Virus record (IMG/VR): IMGVR_UViG_3300021425_000033
Location: 1-63,879 of that record
Strand: one strand, 5' to 3'
Origin: a virus
Lineage: Duplodnaviria > Caudoviricetes
DNA length: 63,879 nucleotides
The notes beneath the pieces are model-generated. The model was not told where the DNA came from. It was given only the letters and a program-made list of their open reading frames with translations, and did not search any database. A program made the position numbers and the translations under genes. Every line of letters starts with the position of its first letter. Position 1 is the stretch's first letter. This document shows positions 48,582 to 61,386 of the stretch, piece by piece.

Positions 48582-50135
48582 ATGTCAGCAATTATAACTG
48601 ATCAATTAAGAATACTAAATGCGAAGAATTTTGCTTCTGCAGCAACTTCTTCCACAAATTCTTATTATTCATTTGTAGGTCTTCCTAACGCAACTGATTA
48701 TTCTTCTAGTTGGGATCAAAATCCTCCTGCACCAAAAGATTCTTTTGAACAGGAGGATGACTATTGGGATACTATGATTGCTCTGAAAAAAATTGGAGAA
48801 AGTGATATTCGCCAAGTGATTAGAAAAATCACCTGGACTTCAGGAACTACCTATGACATGTATCGTCATGATATCAGCAGAACAAATACATCAAAACCAT
48901 CTGGAGCAACTAGTTTATATTCGGCAAATTATTATATTGTAAATGAAGATTATAGAGTTTATATCTGCCTCCAAAATGGAACCGATCCAGAAAATCCAAC
49001 AGGAAGACCATCATTAGATCAACCAACTTTTACAGATCTTGAACCAAGAACTGCAGGTGATAGTGGTGATGGATATGTATGGAAGTATCTTTATACCATC
49101 AAACCAAGTGAACTGGTGAAGTTTGATTCGACAAACTTTATGCCTGTTCCAAATAACTGGGCAACAAATTCAACGGATGCAGCAGTAAGAAACAATGCAG
49201 CATCTAGTGGTCAGTTAAAAATTGTAACCATTACAAATCGTGGTGTTGGACTTGGAACTGCAAATAGAACTTATACTAGAGTTCCAATCAAAGGTGATGG
49301 TTCTGGAGCAGAAGCAACTGTTGTTATTAATAATGATTCTAAAGTGGAATCTGTAACAATATCCAAAGGTGGATCTGGATACACTTATGGAACTGTTGAT
49401 TTAGTATCCGGAAACGTCCCAACTGGTTCCACATCTCCAGTCTTTAATGTAATTATTCCTCCTCACGGTGGTCATGGTGCAGACATTTATAGGGAACTTG
49501 GTGCATATAATGTTTTAGTTTATTCTAGAATTGAAAATGATACAGAAAATCCAGATTTTATTACTGGAAACCAAATAGCAAGAGTTGGAATTGTCGAAAA
49601 CCCACAATCATTTGGTTCATCAACCACATTAACATTAGATAAAGCAAGTGCAGCATATGCAGTTAAATTGACTGGAATTGGATATAGTACCGCCACATTT
49701 ACTGCGGATAGCACAGTTACTCAAACAATTGGTATTGGTTCCACTGCGGTTGGTAGAGTCATTTCATATGACCAAAATACTGGTGTTTTAAAGTATTGGC
49801 AGGATAAGAGTTTAGTTGGATTCAATACTGATGGGTCATTGAAAACAAATCCAACATATGGATTCCAACTTAATAGATTTACTGCAACTCCATCCACTGG
49901 AGGATCGGTTAATATAATTGGTGGTAGTGCAACTTTGGGTATTGATACAAATTTTACAGGTATATCTACCCAAATAAATAATAGAACATATTACCTTGGA
50001 CAGTCATTTACCAATGGTGTTTCTAATCCAGAAGTTAAAAAGTATTCTGGAAATATAATTTATGTAGATAATAGACCTTCAATTACTAGGTCTATTAATC
50101 AAAAAGAAGATATTAAAGTTATTTTGCAATTCTAA
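48582..50135 (+). CDS. gp8: Baseplate wedge subunit gp8
   Basis: MSAIITDQLRILNA...WTSGTTYDMY...YRVYICLQN...DGYVWKYLY...QKEDIKVILQF. Confidence 0.92.
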   Translation: MSAIITDQLRILNAKNFASAATSSTNSYYSFVGLPNATDYSSSWDQNPPAPKDSFEQEDDYWDTMIALKKIGESDIRQVIRKITWTSGTTYDMYRHDISRTNTSKPSGATSLYSANYYIVNEDYRVYICLQNGTDPENPTGRPSLDQPTFTDLEPRTAGDSGDGYVWKYLYTIKPSELVKFDSTNFMPVPNNWATNSTDAAVRNNAASSGQLKIVTITNRGVGLGTANRTYTRVPIKGDGSGAEATVVINNDSKVESVTISKGGSGYTYGTVDLVSGNVPTGSTSPVFNVIIPPHGGHGADIYRELGAYNVLVYSRIENDTENPDFITGNQIARVGIVENPQSFGSSTTLTLDKASAAYAVKLTGIGYSTATFTADSTVTQTIGIGSTAVGRVISYDQNTGVLKYWQDKSLVGFNTDGSLKTNPTYGFQLNRFTATPSTGGSVNIIGGSATLGIDTNFTGISTQINNRTYYLGQSFTNGVSNPEVKKYSGNIIYVDNRPSITRSINQKEDIKVILQF

Positions 50136-50141
50136 GGAATC

Positions 50142-53100
50142 ATGCCACAGGAAACTAACCTCAACGTCTCACCCTACTTTGATGATTTTGACCCGTCAAA
50201 AAATTATCATAAGGTTTTATTTAAACCAGGATATCCTGTTCAAGCAAGAGAATTAACAACTATCCAATCGATTCTCCAAGATCAAATTGAAAAGTTTGGA
50301 AATCATGTTTTCAAGGAAGGGGATTCTGTAACAGGTGGTGGCATTCACTATGCAAATACCTTTAACTCAGTATTAATTGAAAGGTCTTTTTCTGGAATTT
50401 CAGTATCTAATTATCTTTCAGACTTACTCAATAAAGTTGTTATTGGTTCAGTTTCTGGAGTAAGAGCAAGAGTAAAAGCATATCTGAATAGATCCGCTTT
50501 TCCAGGAGAACCTTATACTCTTTATGTAAATTACTTAGAAACTTCAAACGATAATGATAAATTTCTCAATGGAGAATCTCTAATCATTGAGAATGGTTTA
50601 TCGAATGACACAATAACAATTCAACCGAATGAAGGTATTGCAACTATTTTACCAGAAAATGCACTATCTACAGGGTCTGCAGTAACTTTAACTTCTGGTG
50701 TTTACTATATTCGTGGGTACTTTATTGATCTGCCAGAACAGACAATAATTCTTGAACCATATAGCAGCATTCCATCATACAGAGTTGGTTTAGAAGTATT
50801 TGAAGAAATTGTAAATTCTGATTCTGATAGTACTTTAAATGATAATGCAAAAGGATTTTCAAATTATACTGCACCTGGAGCTGATAGGTTAAAGATTAGA
50901 GCATTTCTTACCAAGAAACCCATTGATGATGGCATTAAGTATAGTAACTTTATTGAGTTGATGGTTATTCGTGATGGTGAAATCACTCAGGTAAGAAAAA
51001 ATACTGAATATAATGAATTAGCAAAGGAATTTGCTAGAAGAACTTACGACGAATCTGGAGATTATTATGTAATTCCCCCAGGAATACAAGTAAAAGAAAC
51101 TTTAAATAATTTAAAAGGCAATAAAGGAGTATTTTTTGAAAACCAAACAACTTACAACAATAATGTTCCAAGTGATAATCTCGGAACTTATGCGATAAGT
51201 CCAACCAAAGCTTACGTTCAGGGATACGAAGTAGAAAATATTAGTCCAATATATTTGGATTTTCCGAAACCAAGAACTACCAAAACACTTCAAGATCAAA
51301 GTATTAATTATTTGACGGGACCAACATATTCACTAAACAGAGTGAGTGGTTCTCCGATTATTGGAATTTCAACTTCATATACTGTAAGTTTAAGAAGTGA
51401 TAGAATTGGTGCAACAGCAACATCATCCTCAGGTAAAGAAATTGGTCTTGCTAGAGTTTATGATTTTGCATTAGAATCTGGTTCATATGATTCTACAAAT
51501 CCAGATACAAATGTTTGGGATGCATCATTCTATGACATTCAAACCTATACAGAGATAACACTGAATGAACCAATTACATTATCAACACCAACTCATATTA
51601 AAGGTAATTCCAGTGGTGCTGTAGGATTTCTCAGATATTCGGTAACAAATTCCGGAATTATAACAGCATATAACACTAAAGGATTTTTTGCTGTTGGAGA
51701 AAGTTTTATATTTGATGGTATAGAAAACAATAGAGTATCTACTGCGATAACTTCATACTCCACCAGTGATGTAAAATCAGTTTATGGAATTGTTGGAACT
51801 GCTTCAACATTCAACGCGGATGTAATTCAATCTACCTTGAATCAAATTGGACTTGTTAATATTAGTGCATCTAGTGGTGGTGTTAGCACAGTAACAAGTG
51901 CAGATTTATCAAAATATTTCGTTGGAATTGCAACTGTTGGAAACATTGTTGCATATTCAAATCCCGGATTATCAGTTCCAACTTTTTCAAAAGTAACATC
52001 AGTATCACAAAATTCAATTGTAATTTCTGGGATAACAACAGTTTCTGGAGTTTGTGATGGTGGTCTCCCAACAACCACAATTAATCCCAGCGACTTTAGA
52101 GTATTAACCTCCAAATTCCAGTCTTCTGTAGATAATACCTTATACACAGCACTACCAAAGAGAAATGTTGCTTCTATAGATTTAACAACATCCGATTTAC
52201 CAATTAGAAAACAATTTGACGTAACAATTACATCAAGTTCTACTGGAGCAATAACATCAGGATCTGCTGACGAGACTTTCTTACCCTTTGATGAAGAAAG
52301 ATATGTTCTTATTAGATCTGATGGAACTACAGAACCTTTAAGTTCTGATAAGTTTGTATTTACCAGTGGTGGGGCAACATTAACAATTAATGGATTGGGA
52401 ACAGATAGTCCTGCAAAATTGATTGCGACTTTAAGAAAAACTAATGTAAAGTCAAAAATTAAAAATAGAAATAGAGTTAAGACTATAGTAGTTGAAAAAT
52501 CCAAATATTCACAATCAGGTATTGGTGCATCTACTTTAAATGATGGACTGACTTTTGGTTCTGGATATGGGACTAGAGTTCAAGATGAAGAAATTTGTCT
52601 TTTAGTTCCAGACGTTTTTAAGATTCATGGAGTTTTTGAATCAAGTGGAACTTCTGATGCATCACTACCAACATTAACTTTAACATCTTTAAGTGGTCCA
52701 ACAAATAAAACAGGTGATCTTTTAGTTGGAGAAGAATTTGTTGGAAAAGATAACAAATTTGTTGGACTTTATGCTGGAAAAGTTGATGATCTAACAATCA
52801 ATTTTATATCATTAAATTCAAATAATTTTGTGACGGGTGAAGTAATTACATTTAAGGAATCTGGCATAACTGCAGTAATAACTGACAGTAGCATCGGTGA
52901 TAATAATATCACTTCAAACTTTACATTTGATAATGGACGAAGAGATACAATCTATGATTATTCTAGAATAATCAGAAAACCATCTTCTAAAGAACCAACA
53001 AGAAGATTGAAAATTGTATTTGAGTATGCAGATTTTTCATCTTCAGATACTGGAGATATCACTACAGTAAATTCTTATGAACAGTTTGATTATTGTGACT

Positions 53101-56100
53101 TACCATTTATTAATTCTATAAGAACATCAGATATTATTGACATTAGACCAAGAGTATCCGAGTTTACTTCATCAACATTGTCTCCATTTGAATTCCAAGC
53201 AAGAGACTTTACTTCACAAGGAAATTCTGCCTCAAATGTTCTTGCATCAGACGAATCTATTCTTTTAGATTATTCATTCTATCTACCAAGAATTGATAAA
53301 ATTTTCTTGAGCAAAGATGGAGTATTCCAATTAGTAAATGGAACACCAGAAGAAACTCCACTACCTCCAAATATTATCGAAAACACCTTAGAGGTTGCAA
53401 CTTTAACTTTACCAGCTTATCTCTGTGACATTGATGAAGTGAGTGTTAGTTTGAAACAGCACAAAAGATATAGAATGTCTGATATTAGTAATCTTGAGAC
53501 TAGGATTAAGAATTTGGAGTTTTATACCTCACTTTCCCTTTTAGAATCTGATACGTCTAATCTTTATATTAGAGATGCTGATGGATTAAATAGATTTAAA
53601 TCAGGTTTCGTTGTTGATGATTTCTCATCAACAACCTCACAAATTAAAAAGACAATTGTTAAAAATAGTATTGATGTTAAAAATTCCGAATTAAGACCTT
53701 CACACTACACCACAGAACTTGATTTGGTTCTTGGATCAAATGCTTTAATTGGAATTGGAACAGCTGCAAGTCCACAAATTGATCAAAGATTTGTTACAGA
53801 TCTAGACGGCGTTGGTGTAAGAAGAACTGGTAGGGTTTTAACTCTTGAATATGGTGAGGTTCAATATATATCTCAACCATTTGCAACAAGAGTTGAAAAT
53901 GTAACTCCATTCTTAGTCAATTATTACTATGGAACAATTGAACTTAATCCATCATCTGATGTTTGGGTAGATACTACAAGACTTTCGGCAAAAACAACAT
54001 CTGTTGAGGGAAATTACAACTCAACTATTTCTCAGTTAACTGCTGGTGGATTTGATCCTCAAACTGGATATGGTCCTGTAACTTGGGGATCTTGGGAAAC
54101 CACTTGGACTGGAGAGAATGTTAAAAATTATTCTGAGGAGTCTTGGGTAGGAACGCTTGGAACTAGAACAGACTTTCAAACAGTTACAAAAACCGGAACA
54201 AAAACCAGAACTGGAACAAGACAAATATTCAAAGAAACGTTTGATAATATCAGTCTTGGAGATTCTGTAGTAAGCACACAGTTAATTCCTTTTGCAAGAT
54301 CTAGAAATATTGAGTTTATCTCAAAGAGATTAAAACCAATCACAAGAGTTTATGGTTTCTTTGATGGAATTGATATTAGTCAATATATTGTTCCAAAGTT
54401 GATGGAAATAAGTATGGTTTCTGGATCTTTCCAGGTCGGAGAAACTGTAAAGGGAGAAGTTCAAAATGGACCATCTATAACCTTTAGAGTTGCTCAACAA
54501 AATCATAAGTATGGTCCATACAATAATCCAACTGACGTATATACGAACAACCCATACGATAGAAATCAAACCGTACCAGGTTCATACTCTTCAACTTCAA
54601 CTTTAATCAACGTTGATACATTTAGTTTGTCCGAAAAGGTTCAAAATCAATTCTTTGGTTATATTCAAGTTGGAATGAAATTAAAGGGACAAACAAGTGG
54701 AGCTCAAGCAACTATATCTAATATTAGATTAGTTACTGATAATGTAGGAACTGTAATGGGATGTATCTATATTCCAGATCCAAACATCGACACTAATCCC
54801 AAATTTGAATCCGGAACTAAACTTTTTAGACTTACTAGTAGCAATACAAATGCACAAATTCCAGGATTTGTTTCCACTAGTGCGGAAGAAAGGTTTGAAT
54901 CCAAAGGATCTTTAAATAAAGTTCAAGAAAATATTCTTTCTGTTAGAAGTGTTAGATTCGAAACTAAGTCCCAACAAGAGTCTAATTCTACAAGCACAAC
55001 TAATACTTCAGTTGTTGGAGTCACTCTGGTTGGAACTCAACAACCACCAATACCAGGACCACCAGGACCACCAGGACCACGAGGTGAGAGAGGTATCCAA
55101 GGTATTCAAGGACCACAAGGTGAGAGAGGACCACAAGGTGAGAGAGGTATCCAAGGTGAGAGAGGTATCCAAGGTATTCAAGGAGCAACAGGAGCAACAG
55201 GAGAAACAGGAGCAACAGGAGCAACAGGAGCAACAGGAGCAACAGGAGCAACAGGAGCAACAGGAGCAACAGGAGAAACTATTACTATTTTCCCTCCACC
55301 ACCACCACCGCCGCCAGAGCCAGCTGGACAAGAAATTTTTGTTCCGGTCACTGCAGTAACTGAAGATACTGTGGATCCAGGTTCATCAAATGTTGACCAA
55401 TTTGTACTAAAATCTGTCCAGCAGGCATATGTTGATTATCTTGGAAGAAGACCAGAAACTGGTGGAGAACAATATTGGTCTACTACAAGATTTAATGAAC
55501 TTAGGGCACAGGGAAAAACTGTTTTAGATGCTGTTAGTCAAATTCAAACAGAAATTGCTAATGAACCAGAAGCAACCATCCTCGGAAAAGGAGTAATTGC
55601 TCAACAACAACCAGCTTATCAAATCTCTCAGACTGTTACAACTCCAGGAACTACTTTAACTAGTCGAGCAGTTTCTTCTGGAACAATTACTCAAACTAAT
55701 GCAGATAGTGCTCTTGTTGCTGCTGCTTATCAAAAATTCCTTGGAAGGGAAGCTGCCCCACAAGAAATTAATAATTGGTTGGGAGAAGCTTCTGCGGGAA
55801 GAGTGCAGGGTGTTCGTGGTATTTTAGAAAGTATTAAAATTATTGCTGAACGAGATTTTGGTTATGGTAAGAGTTCTTGTATATTAGATCCACTTGCACA
55901 GTCATTCTTCATTGAAGATAAATCTGGAATTTTTGTTACTTCTATTGATTTGTTCTTCAGATCAAAAGATGAAACATTACCTGTCATTGTACAATTACGT
56001 CCAATGAAACTTGGACTTCCTACTGAACAAATATATCCTTTTAGTGAAGTTGTAATTGACGCAAAATACGTAAATGTTTCTGAAGATGGTAGTCTTAAGA

Positions 56101-58346
56101 CAAGAATTGTATTCGAATCTCCAGTTTATCTTACCGGAGAACAGTATCATTCTCTGGTTGTTCTTTCAACAAGTAATGAATATACAATTTGGATTTCAAG
56201 ACTTGGTGAAATAGATATTTCTACCGCAAATCAGGCAGAATCTAGACAAGTTGTTGTTACATCACAACCGACACTTGGATCTCTGTTTAAATCTCAAAAT
56301 GGTTCAACTTGGAATGCAAGTCAATATGAGGATATTAAGTTTACATTAAATCGTGCAGTATTTACGAGTAGCGGAAATGTCAACTTCTATAACCCTGTTC
56401 TTGATATTGATAGTGATCAGACACCATTCTTACTTAAAGATGCTTTAGAACTTTCTTCCAAGAAAATTCGAGTTGGGTTGGGATCTACAGTACAAGATTC
56501 TGGACTTACTTTAGGAAATACGATAACTCAATTGGGTTCAAATGCTAGTGGAATTTATGTTGGTTCCGCAGGAACTGCTACTGGACCTTTAACTATAACC
56601 AATTCCGGTATAGGATATACACCTTCATCTGGTTCTACAGTATATTCCAATGTTTCTTTGACAAATATTACTGGATCTGGAAGAGATGCAACAGCAAACA
56701 TTACAATTAGTAATGGTGTTGCAATTGCAGCTACAATTTCTAATGGTGGAACTGGTTATTCAGTTGGTGACGTATTAACAGCAACTCAAATCGGAATTAC
56801 ATCTCTTGGAAGAAATCTTAGACTTTCAGTTACTGATATAACTGGAATTAATGAACTTGTTTTGGATAATGTTCAGGGAGATTTCTTAGTTGGTGCTGGT
56901 GGGACTGTAAGATATACCAACAATTTGGGAGTAACAACAACCTTAAATGCAAGCACTGGTGGGAATGTCTTGATTCCAGTAGCACCAACTGTTGTTACTG
57001 ATGGTTTGCATATCAAGGTAAATCAAAAAAATCATGGTATGCACTCAACTCTCAATAGAGTCCAAATATCAAATGTTATCAGTGATGTTACTCCAACAAA
57101 ACTGATTGCAGATTATGAATCAACCTCAACTTCAACTATACTTATTGCAGATTCTACAAACTTTGGAACATTTGAAAATGTTGGGGTTGGAACAACAAAT
57201 CCAGGTTATGCAAGAATTGGTCAAGAAATTATTTCTTACACTGGAGTTTCTACCAATTCACTTATTGGAATCACAAGATCTGTTGATTCAACTCTTGCAT
57301 TTAATTACACTACAGGAGATTTTGTTTACAAATATGAGTTAGATGGTGTTTCTCTGAGAAGAATTAACAAAGTTCATAATCTCTTAGATTCAACAGTGTC
57401 CGATTCTATTGATCTTGATTATTATAACATTAAACTGGATATGTCAACAAATGGAATCGATAGATCAGTTGGAACAAGTTTACCAAAACTTTATCTGAAT
57501 GAAACCAAATCTACTGGTGGAAATAAGATTAAGTCCACAGAAAACATTCAATATGAGGTTATAACTCCAATAGTCGAAAATATAACTCCTGCAGGAACAA
57601 ATATTAGTGCTTCTATTAGAACAATAGGTGGAACAAGTGTTAATGGTTCCGAAATTTCCTTTACCGATAAAGGGTTTGAAAATATTACTCTGAAAGGAGT
57701 AAATTACTTAAGTTCTCCAAGATTGATTGCTTCCAGAGTCAATGAGACAAATTCACTGACAACTTTACCCGGAAACAGATCCTTTACAATGGAATTGAAC
57801 CTCAATACCACAAACCCCTCACTATCTCCTGTTGTTGACTTGCATCGTGTTGCAATGATCCTCACTTCCAATAGAGTCAATCAACCAATCACAAATTACA
57901 TAACTGATAACAGAACTTCAGACATAATTAACGATCCTAATGCATTTGTTTATGTAATAAATCCAATTTCTCTTGAATCTCCCGCAACATCGATTAAACT
58001 CTATCTTTCTGCATATCTGAATGTCTATAATGATGTGAGAGCTTTCTACGCAATTGCAAAAGATTCATCTGAAGAATTAATTTATTATCCTTTCCCAGGA
58101 TATTCAAATCTTCTTCAATCTGGTCAAGTTATCGATATCTCAAATAGTGATGGATCTTCAGACAAGTTTGTACCAAAATCCGACACTTTGGCATTGATTA
58201 GTGATCAAGCACAATTTACGGATATTGAGTTCACAATTGACAACTTGCCAACATTTAGATACTTTAGTGTCAAGATTGTTGGAACTTCAACAAATCAAGC
58301 ATATCCACCTAGACTTAGAGATCTTAGAACTATTGCTCTCGCATAA
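50142..58346 (+). CDS. VrlC/DUF4815-like large virion structural protein with collagen insert
   Basis: [16 protein letters not shown]...[40 protein letters not shown] and DPLAQSF. Confidence 0.85.
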   Translation: MPQETNLNVSPYFDDFDPSKNYHKVLFKPGYPVQARELTTIQSILQDQIEKFGNHVFKEGDSVTGGGIHYANTFNSVLIERSFSGISVSNYLSDLLNKVVIGSVSGVRARVKAYLNRSAFPGEPYTLYVNYLETSNDNDKFLNGESLIIENGLSNDTITIQPNEGIATILPENALSTGSAVTLTSGVYYIRGYFIDLPEQTIILEPYSSIPSYRVGLEVFEEIVNSDSDSTLNDNAKGFSNYTAPGADRLKIRAFLTKKPIDDGIKYSNFIELMVIRDGEITQVRKNTEYNELAKEFARRTYDESGDYYVIPPGIQVKETLNNLKGNKGVFFENQTTYNNNVPSDNLGTYAISPTKAYVQGYEVENISPIYLDFPKPRTTKTLQDQSINYLTGPTYSLNRVSGSPIIGISTSYTVSLRSDRIGATATSSSGKEIGLARVYDFALESGSYDSTNPDTNVWDASFYDIQTYTEITLNEPITLSTPTHIKGNSSGAVGFLRYSVTNSGIITAYNTKGFFAVGESFIFDGIENNRVSTAITSYSTSDVKSVYGIVGTASTFNADVIQSTLNQIGLVNISASSGGVSTVTSADLSKYFVGIATVGNIVAYSNPGLSVPTFSKVTSVSQNSIVISGITTVSGVCDGGLPTTTINPSDFRVLTSKFQSSVDNTLYTALPKRNVASIDLTTSDLPIRKQFDVTITSSSTGAITSGSADETFLPFDEERYVLIRSDGTTEPLSSDKFVFTSGGATLTINGLGTDSPAKLIATLRKTNVKSKIKNRNRVKTIVVEKSKYSQSGIGASTLNDGLTFGSGYGTRVQDEEICLLVPDVFKIHGVFESSGTSDASLPTLTLTSLSGPTNKTGDLLVGEEFVGKDNKFVGLYAGKVDDLTINFISLNSNNFVTGEVITFKESGITAVITDSSIGDNNITSNFTFDNGRRDTIYDYSRIIRKPSSKEPTRRLKIVFEYADFSSSDTGDITTVNSYEQFDYCDLPFINSIRTSDIIDIRPRVSEFTSSTLSPFEFQARDFTSQGNSASNVLASDESILLDYSFYLPRIDKIFLSKDGVFQLVNGTPEETPLPPNIIENTLEVATLTLPAYLCDIDEVSVSLKQHKRYRMSDISNLETRIKNLEFYTSLSLLESDTSNLYIRDADGLNRFKSGFVVDDFSSTTSQIKKTIVKNSIDVKNSELRPSHYTTELDLVLGSNALIGIGTAASPQIDQRFVTDLDGVGVRRTGRVLTLEYGEVQYISQPFATRVENVTPFLVNYYYGTIELNPSSDVWVDTTRLSAKTTSVEGNYNSTISQLTAGGFDPQTGYGPVTWGSWETTWTGENVKNYSEESWVGTLGTRTDFQTVTKTGTKTRTGTRQIFKETFDNISLGDSVVSTQLIPFARSRNIEFISKRLKPITRVYGFFDGIDISQYIVPKLMEISMVSGSFQVGETVKGEVQNGPSITFRVAQQNHKYGPYNNPTDVYTNNPYDRNQTVPGSYSSTSTLINVDTFSLSEKVQNQFFGYIQVGMKLKGQTSGAQATISNIRLVTDNVGTVMGCIYIPDPNIDTNPKFESGTKLFRLTSSNTNAQIPGFVSTSAEERFESKGSLNKVQENILSVRSVRFETKSQQESNSTSTTNTSVVGVTLVGTQQPPIPGPPGPPGPRGERGIQGIQGPQGERGPQGERGIQGERGIQGIQGATGATGETGATGATGATGATGATGATGATGETITIFPPPPPPPPEPAGQEIFVPVTAVTEDTVDPGSSNVDQFVLKSVQQAYVDYLGRRPETGGEQYWSTTRFNELRAQGKTVLDAVSQIQTEIANEPEATILGKGVIAQQQPAYQISQTVTTPGTTLTSRAVSSGTITQTNADSALVAAAYQKFLGREAAPQEINNWLGEASAGRVQGVRGILESIKIIAERDFGYGKSSCILDPLAQSFFIEDKSGIFVTSIDLFFRSKDETLPVIVQLRPMKLGLPTEQIYPFSEVVIDAKYVNVSEDGSLKTRIVFESPVYLTGEQYHSLVVLSTSNEYTIWISRLGEIDISTANQAESRQVVVTSQPTLGSLFKSQNGSTWNASQYEDIKFTLNRAVFTSSGNVNFYNPVLDIDSDQTPFLLKDALELSSKKIRVGLGSTVQDSGLTLGNTITQLGSNASGIYVGSAGTATGPLTITNSGIGYTPSSGSTVYSNVSLTNITGSGRDATANITISNGVAIAATISNGGTGYSVGDVLTATQIGITSLGRNLRLSVTDITGINELVLDNVQGDFLVGAGGTVRYTNNLGVTTTLNASTGGNVLIPVAPTVVTDGLHIKVNQKNHGMHSTLNRVQISNVISDVTPTKLIADYESTSTSTILIADSTNFGTFENVGVGTTNPGYARIGQEIISYTGVSTNSLIGITRSVDSTLAFNYTTGDFVYKYELDGVSLRRINKVHNLLDSTVSDSIDLDYYNIKLDMSTNGIDRSVGTSLPKLYLNETKSTGGNKIKSTENIQYEVITPIVENITPAGTNISASIRTIGGTSVNGSEISFTDKGFENITLKGVNYLSSPRLIASRVNETNSLTTLPGNRSFTMELNLNTTNPSLSPVVDLHRVAMILTSNRVNQPITNYITDNRTSDIINDPNAFVYVINPISLESPATSIKLYLSAYLNVYNDVRAFYAIAKDSSEELIYYPFPGYSNLLQSGQVIDISNSDGSSDKFVPKSDTLALISDQAQFTDIEFTIDNLPTFRYFSVKIVGTSTNQAYPPRLRDLRTIALA
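55056..55280 (+). repeat. Collagen-like (Gly-X-Y)25 with 9-bp ggagcaaca tandem array
   Basis: [15 protein letters not shown]...GAT/GET triplets followed by poly-Pro. Confidence 0.95.
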
Positions 58347-58348
58347 TT

Positions 58349-58576
58349 ATGGATTACGCAAAAGTAGAGGGTCACGTAAATCTAGTACGTGACCAAAAAA
58401 CAAAAGCAATTTTAAATACAGACATGAATGAATATAACAATTATATTGCACTTAGAAACTCAAAACAAAATGACTCAAATAAAATAAAAAATATTGAGGG
58501 TGAAATGGAAACTGTAAAGAATGAACTGGGTGAGATTAAGAGTTTACTAAAGGAGTTAATTAATGGATCCAGATAA
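58349..58576 (+). CDS. Conserved small coiled-coil protein
   Basis: KVEGHxNLVRD...AILNTD...EIKSLL. Confidence 0.75.
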   Translation: MDYAKVEGHVNLVRDQKTKAILNTDMNEYNNYIALRNSKQNDSNKIKNIEGEMETVKNELGEIKSLLKELINGSR

Positions 58577-58727
58577 AATTATTTTGGAAGACATCAATAA
58601 AATGTTTGAATATGAAAAACTTGCAAGAGACATAGATAGTATAGATAATATTGATATTTTGAGAAATTATTCAAAATCATATATCAAACTTTACTTAAAA
58701 CAACAAGAAGTTGTATCTAAATTCTAA
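58563..58727 (+). CDS. 54-aa two-helix protein, possible NblA-like
   Basis: MDPDKIILEDINKMFEYEKLARDIDSIDNIDILRNYSKSYIKLYLKQQEVVSKF. Not in the ORF track. Stop overlaps the next ATG. Confidence 0.45.
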   Translation: MDPDKIILEDINKMFEYEKLARDIDSIDNIDILRNYSKSYIKLYLKQQEVVSKF

Positions 58728-59113
58728 TGGCAACTCACACAATTACCTTTGATCCAACCTCTGGTGTTGCTTACGGGGCAAATCTTGTAATTAACACGGG
58801 ATCAACTTTTACTGATAGTTTTACCGTAAAAACTACATCAGGATCTGCTTTCAATTTTGATGGATGGACTGGTTCATCACAGATGGCAAAAAGTGTTTCT
58901 ATTGGTTCATCGATGTATGCAGTAGCAACTTTTAATGTTGGTTTTACAAGTGCTGTTGAGGGTAAATTTAATTTATCATTGGGCAGCACTGCAACAAGAT
59001 CTTTGAATGAAGGTAGATACGTATATGATGTTCTTGTAAGTTCTGGATCTACTGTTTATAGACTTGCAAGTGGAAATGCTTTAGTTATTTCTGGAATATC
59101 TTCTGCACCATAA
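58727..59113 (+). CDS. Virion structural protein (BppU-N-like beta-sandwich)
   Basis: NLVINTGSTF...G...LSL....T..L.EGRYVYDV. Confidence 0.6.
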   Translation: MATHTITFDPTSGVAYGANLVINTGSTFTDSFTVKTTSGSAFNFDGWTGSSQMAKSVSIGSSMYAVATFNVGFTSAVEGKFNLSLGSTATRSLNEGRYVYDVLVSSGSTVYRLASGNALVISGISSAP

Positions 59114-59137
59114 ATACCTTAAGGGGTAAATAGATAA

Positions 59138-59977
59138 ATGGCACAACCATCCAGTAGACAAGAATTAATTGATTATTGCAAAAGGAAACTGGGTGCTCCA
59201 GTTCTGGAAATTAATGTTGCGGATGAGCAAATTGAAGACTTGGTAGATGACGCCATTCAGTTTTTTCAAGAAAGACATTTTGATGGAGTATACCCAACTT
59301 TTTTAAAATATCAAATTACCGAAGACGATATTAATAGAGGTAAGGCACAACCAACATCTGGAGTTGGAATTAGCACAATAACAGTAAACCATAATGTTGG
59401 ACAAACTACTCAGTTTAATTTTTATGAAGGTGGAAATTATCTACAGATTCCACCTTCAGTAATTGGGGTAAATAAAATATTTCACTTTGATGGGACCAAT
59501 ACAATCACTAACAATATGTTTAGTGTGAAGTATCAGTTGTTCTTGAATGACATTTATTACTGGGGATCAACTGAACTTTTAACTTATGCGATGGTAAAAA
59601 CTTACTTGGAAGACATTGAGTTTTTACTTACAACACAAAAACAAATTAGATTTAACAAGAGACAAGATCGTTTATACTTAGATATTGATTGGGATTCAGT
59701 GACTGCAGGCACTTACTTAATTATAGATTGTTACAGAACCTTAGATCCAAGTGATTATTCTAGAGTATGGAATGATTCATTTTTAAAGATGTATTTAACT
59801 TCTCTCATCAAAAAACAATGGGGACAGAATTTAATAAAATTCCAAGGAGTTAAACTTCCAGGTGGTATTGAATTGAACGGAAGACAAATTTATGATGATG
59901 CACAAAAAGAACTTGAAGATATTATGGAAAAAATGTCCAATACATACGAATTACCACCATTAGATATGATTGGATAA
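59138..59977 (+). CDS. gp13: Neck protein gp13
   Basis: SRQELIDYCKRKLGAPVLEINV...KKQWGQNLIKF.GVKLPGG..LNG. Confidence 0.93.
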   Translation: MAQPSSRQELIDYCKRKLGAPVLEINVADEQIEDLVDDAIQFFQERHFDGVYPTFLKYQITEDDINRGKAQPTSGVGISTITVNHNVGQTTQFNFYEGGNYLQIPPSVIGVNKIFHFDGTNTITNNMFSVKYQLFLNDIYYWGSTELLTYAMVKTYLEDIEFLLTTQKQIRFNKRQDRLYLDIDWDSVTAGTYLIIDCYRTLDPSDYSRVWNDSFLKMYLTSLIKKQWGQNLIKFQGVKLPGGIELNGRQIYDDAQKELEDIMEKMSNTYELPPLDMIG

Positions 59978-59978
59978 T

Positions 59979-61361
59979 ATGCTAAATCCATTTTTTCTTC
60001 AGGGATCAAAATCAGAACAGTCGTTAGTTCAAAGTTTAATTAACGAACAACTTCGCATGTATGGAGTTGAAGTTTATTATATTCCAAGAAGATACCTTAC
60101 AGAAAAAACAATAATAAAAGAAGTCATTGAATCCAAGTTCGATAATGCGTATCCATTAGAAGCATATGTAGACACTTATGATGGGTATGAGGGTCAGGGA
60201 ACTCTTCTTTCAAAGTTTGGTGTTCAACCATTAAATGATTTAAGTTTAATCATATCAAAAGAAAGATTTGAAACCTATATTTCACCACTGACAAAAAATA
60301 TACCAGATATCAAACTGTCAACCAGACCAAAAGAAGGTGATTTAATTTGGTTTCCACTCGGAGATAGATTATTTGAAATTAAATTTGTTGAGCATGAAAA
60401 ACCATTTTATCAACTCCAAAAAACTTATGTTTACGAACTAAGATGCGAATTGTTTAGATATGAGGATGAGGTTATTGACACTGGAGTTGAGGAAATTGAT
60501 GATAATGTGAAAGATGAAGGTTATATTCAATCTCTAACTATGGTTGGTGCGGGAATTACCGCAACAGCTTTTACTGGAATTGTAGATGGTGGTGTAAGAT
60601 TAATCACTGTTACAAATAGAGGAAACGGATACACATCATCTCCAAGAGTGGCTATCTCTTCTGCTCCAGCAGGAGGTCTAACTGCAGTTGGAATTGCAAC
60701 GCTCATTGGTGGACTGGTTGATTGTAATGGAAATACTGAAAACTATAAAGTTCAGGGAGTTGAAATTGTAAATCCTGGATATGGATATACCGATGCACCA
60801 TCAGTTGCATTTGTTGGTGGTGGGGGTGCAGGAGCTGCGGCAACAACAACTATTGGTGATGGTGTCATTGGTATAGTTACTTTAACTTCTGGAGGTTCTG
60901 GATACGTTGGAGAACCAACGGTAACATTTAGTGGAGCTCCAGGTGCTGGAGTAACAGCAACTGCAAGAGCGCACATAAACACCGCAGGGGTTGTTACTGC
61001 AATTTATATTACAAATGCTGGACTTGGTTATACAGAAGCACCAACTATAACAGTTTCTTCTCCATATTTTTCTGGATCAGGAACATATATCTATAATGAA
61101 ACAGTCGTTGGAAGTATAAGTTCTACCACTGCATTAGTTAAAGAATGGAATTCGGTTGATAATTTACTGAAAGTATCTAATATCTCAGGATCTTTTGTGA
61201 ATGGTGATGTATTAACTGGTTCTGAATCCGGAGCAACTTATAAAGTAAGAATAATCAATAAGTATAATACAACAGACACATATGCCGAAAACGATACCAT
61301 TGAATCTGAGGCTGATGCAATTATAGATTTCAGTGAGTCTAATCCTTTTGGAAATCCATAA
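59979..61361 (+). CDS. gp14: Neck protein gp14
   Basis: LNPFFLQG...EQLRMYG.EVYYIPR...RPKEGDLI.FPL...DFSESNPFG. Confidence 0.93.
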   Translation: MLNPFFLQGSKSEQSLVQSLINEQLRMYGVEVYYIPRRYLTEKTIIKEVIESKFDNAYPLEAYVDTYDGYEGQGTLLSKFGVQPLNDLSLIISKERFETYISPLTKNIPDIKLSTRPKEGDLIWFPLGDRLFEIKFVEHEKPFYQLQKTYVYELRCELFRYEDEVIDTGVEEIDDNVKDEGYIQSLTMVGAGITATAFTGIVDGGVRLITVTNRGNGYTSSPRVAISSAPAGGLTAVGIATLIGGLVDCNGNTENYKVQGVEIVNPGYGYTDAPSVAFVGGGGAGAAATTTIGDGVIGIVTLTSGGSGYVGEPTVTFSGAPGAGVTATARAHINTAGVVTAIYITNAGLGYTEAPTITVSSPYFSGSGTYIYNETVVGSISSTTALVKEWNSVDNLLKVSNISGSFVNGDVLTGSESGATYKVRIINKYNTTDTYAENDTIESEADAIIDFSESNPFGNP

Positions 61362-61386
61362 ATAGTATATCGTAATCTCCTGACAA

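Noticed and set aside
54949-55359. Gln/Glu-rich, Cys-rich and poly-Leu ORFs
   Set aside because: They are alternative frames of the collagen repeat.
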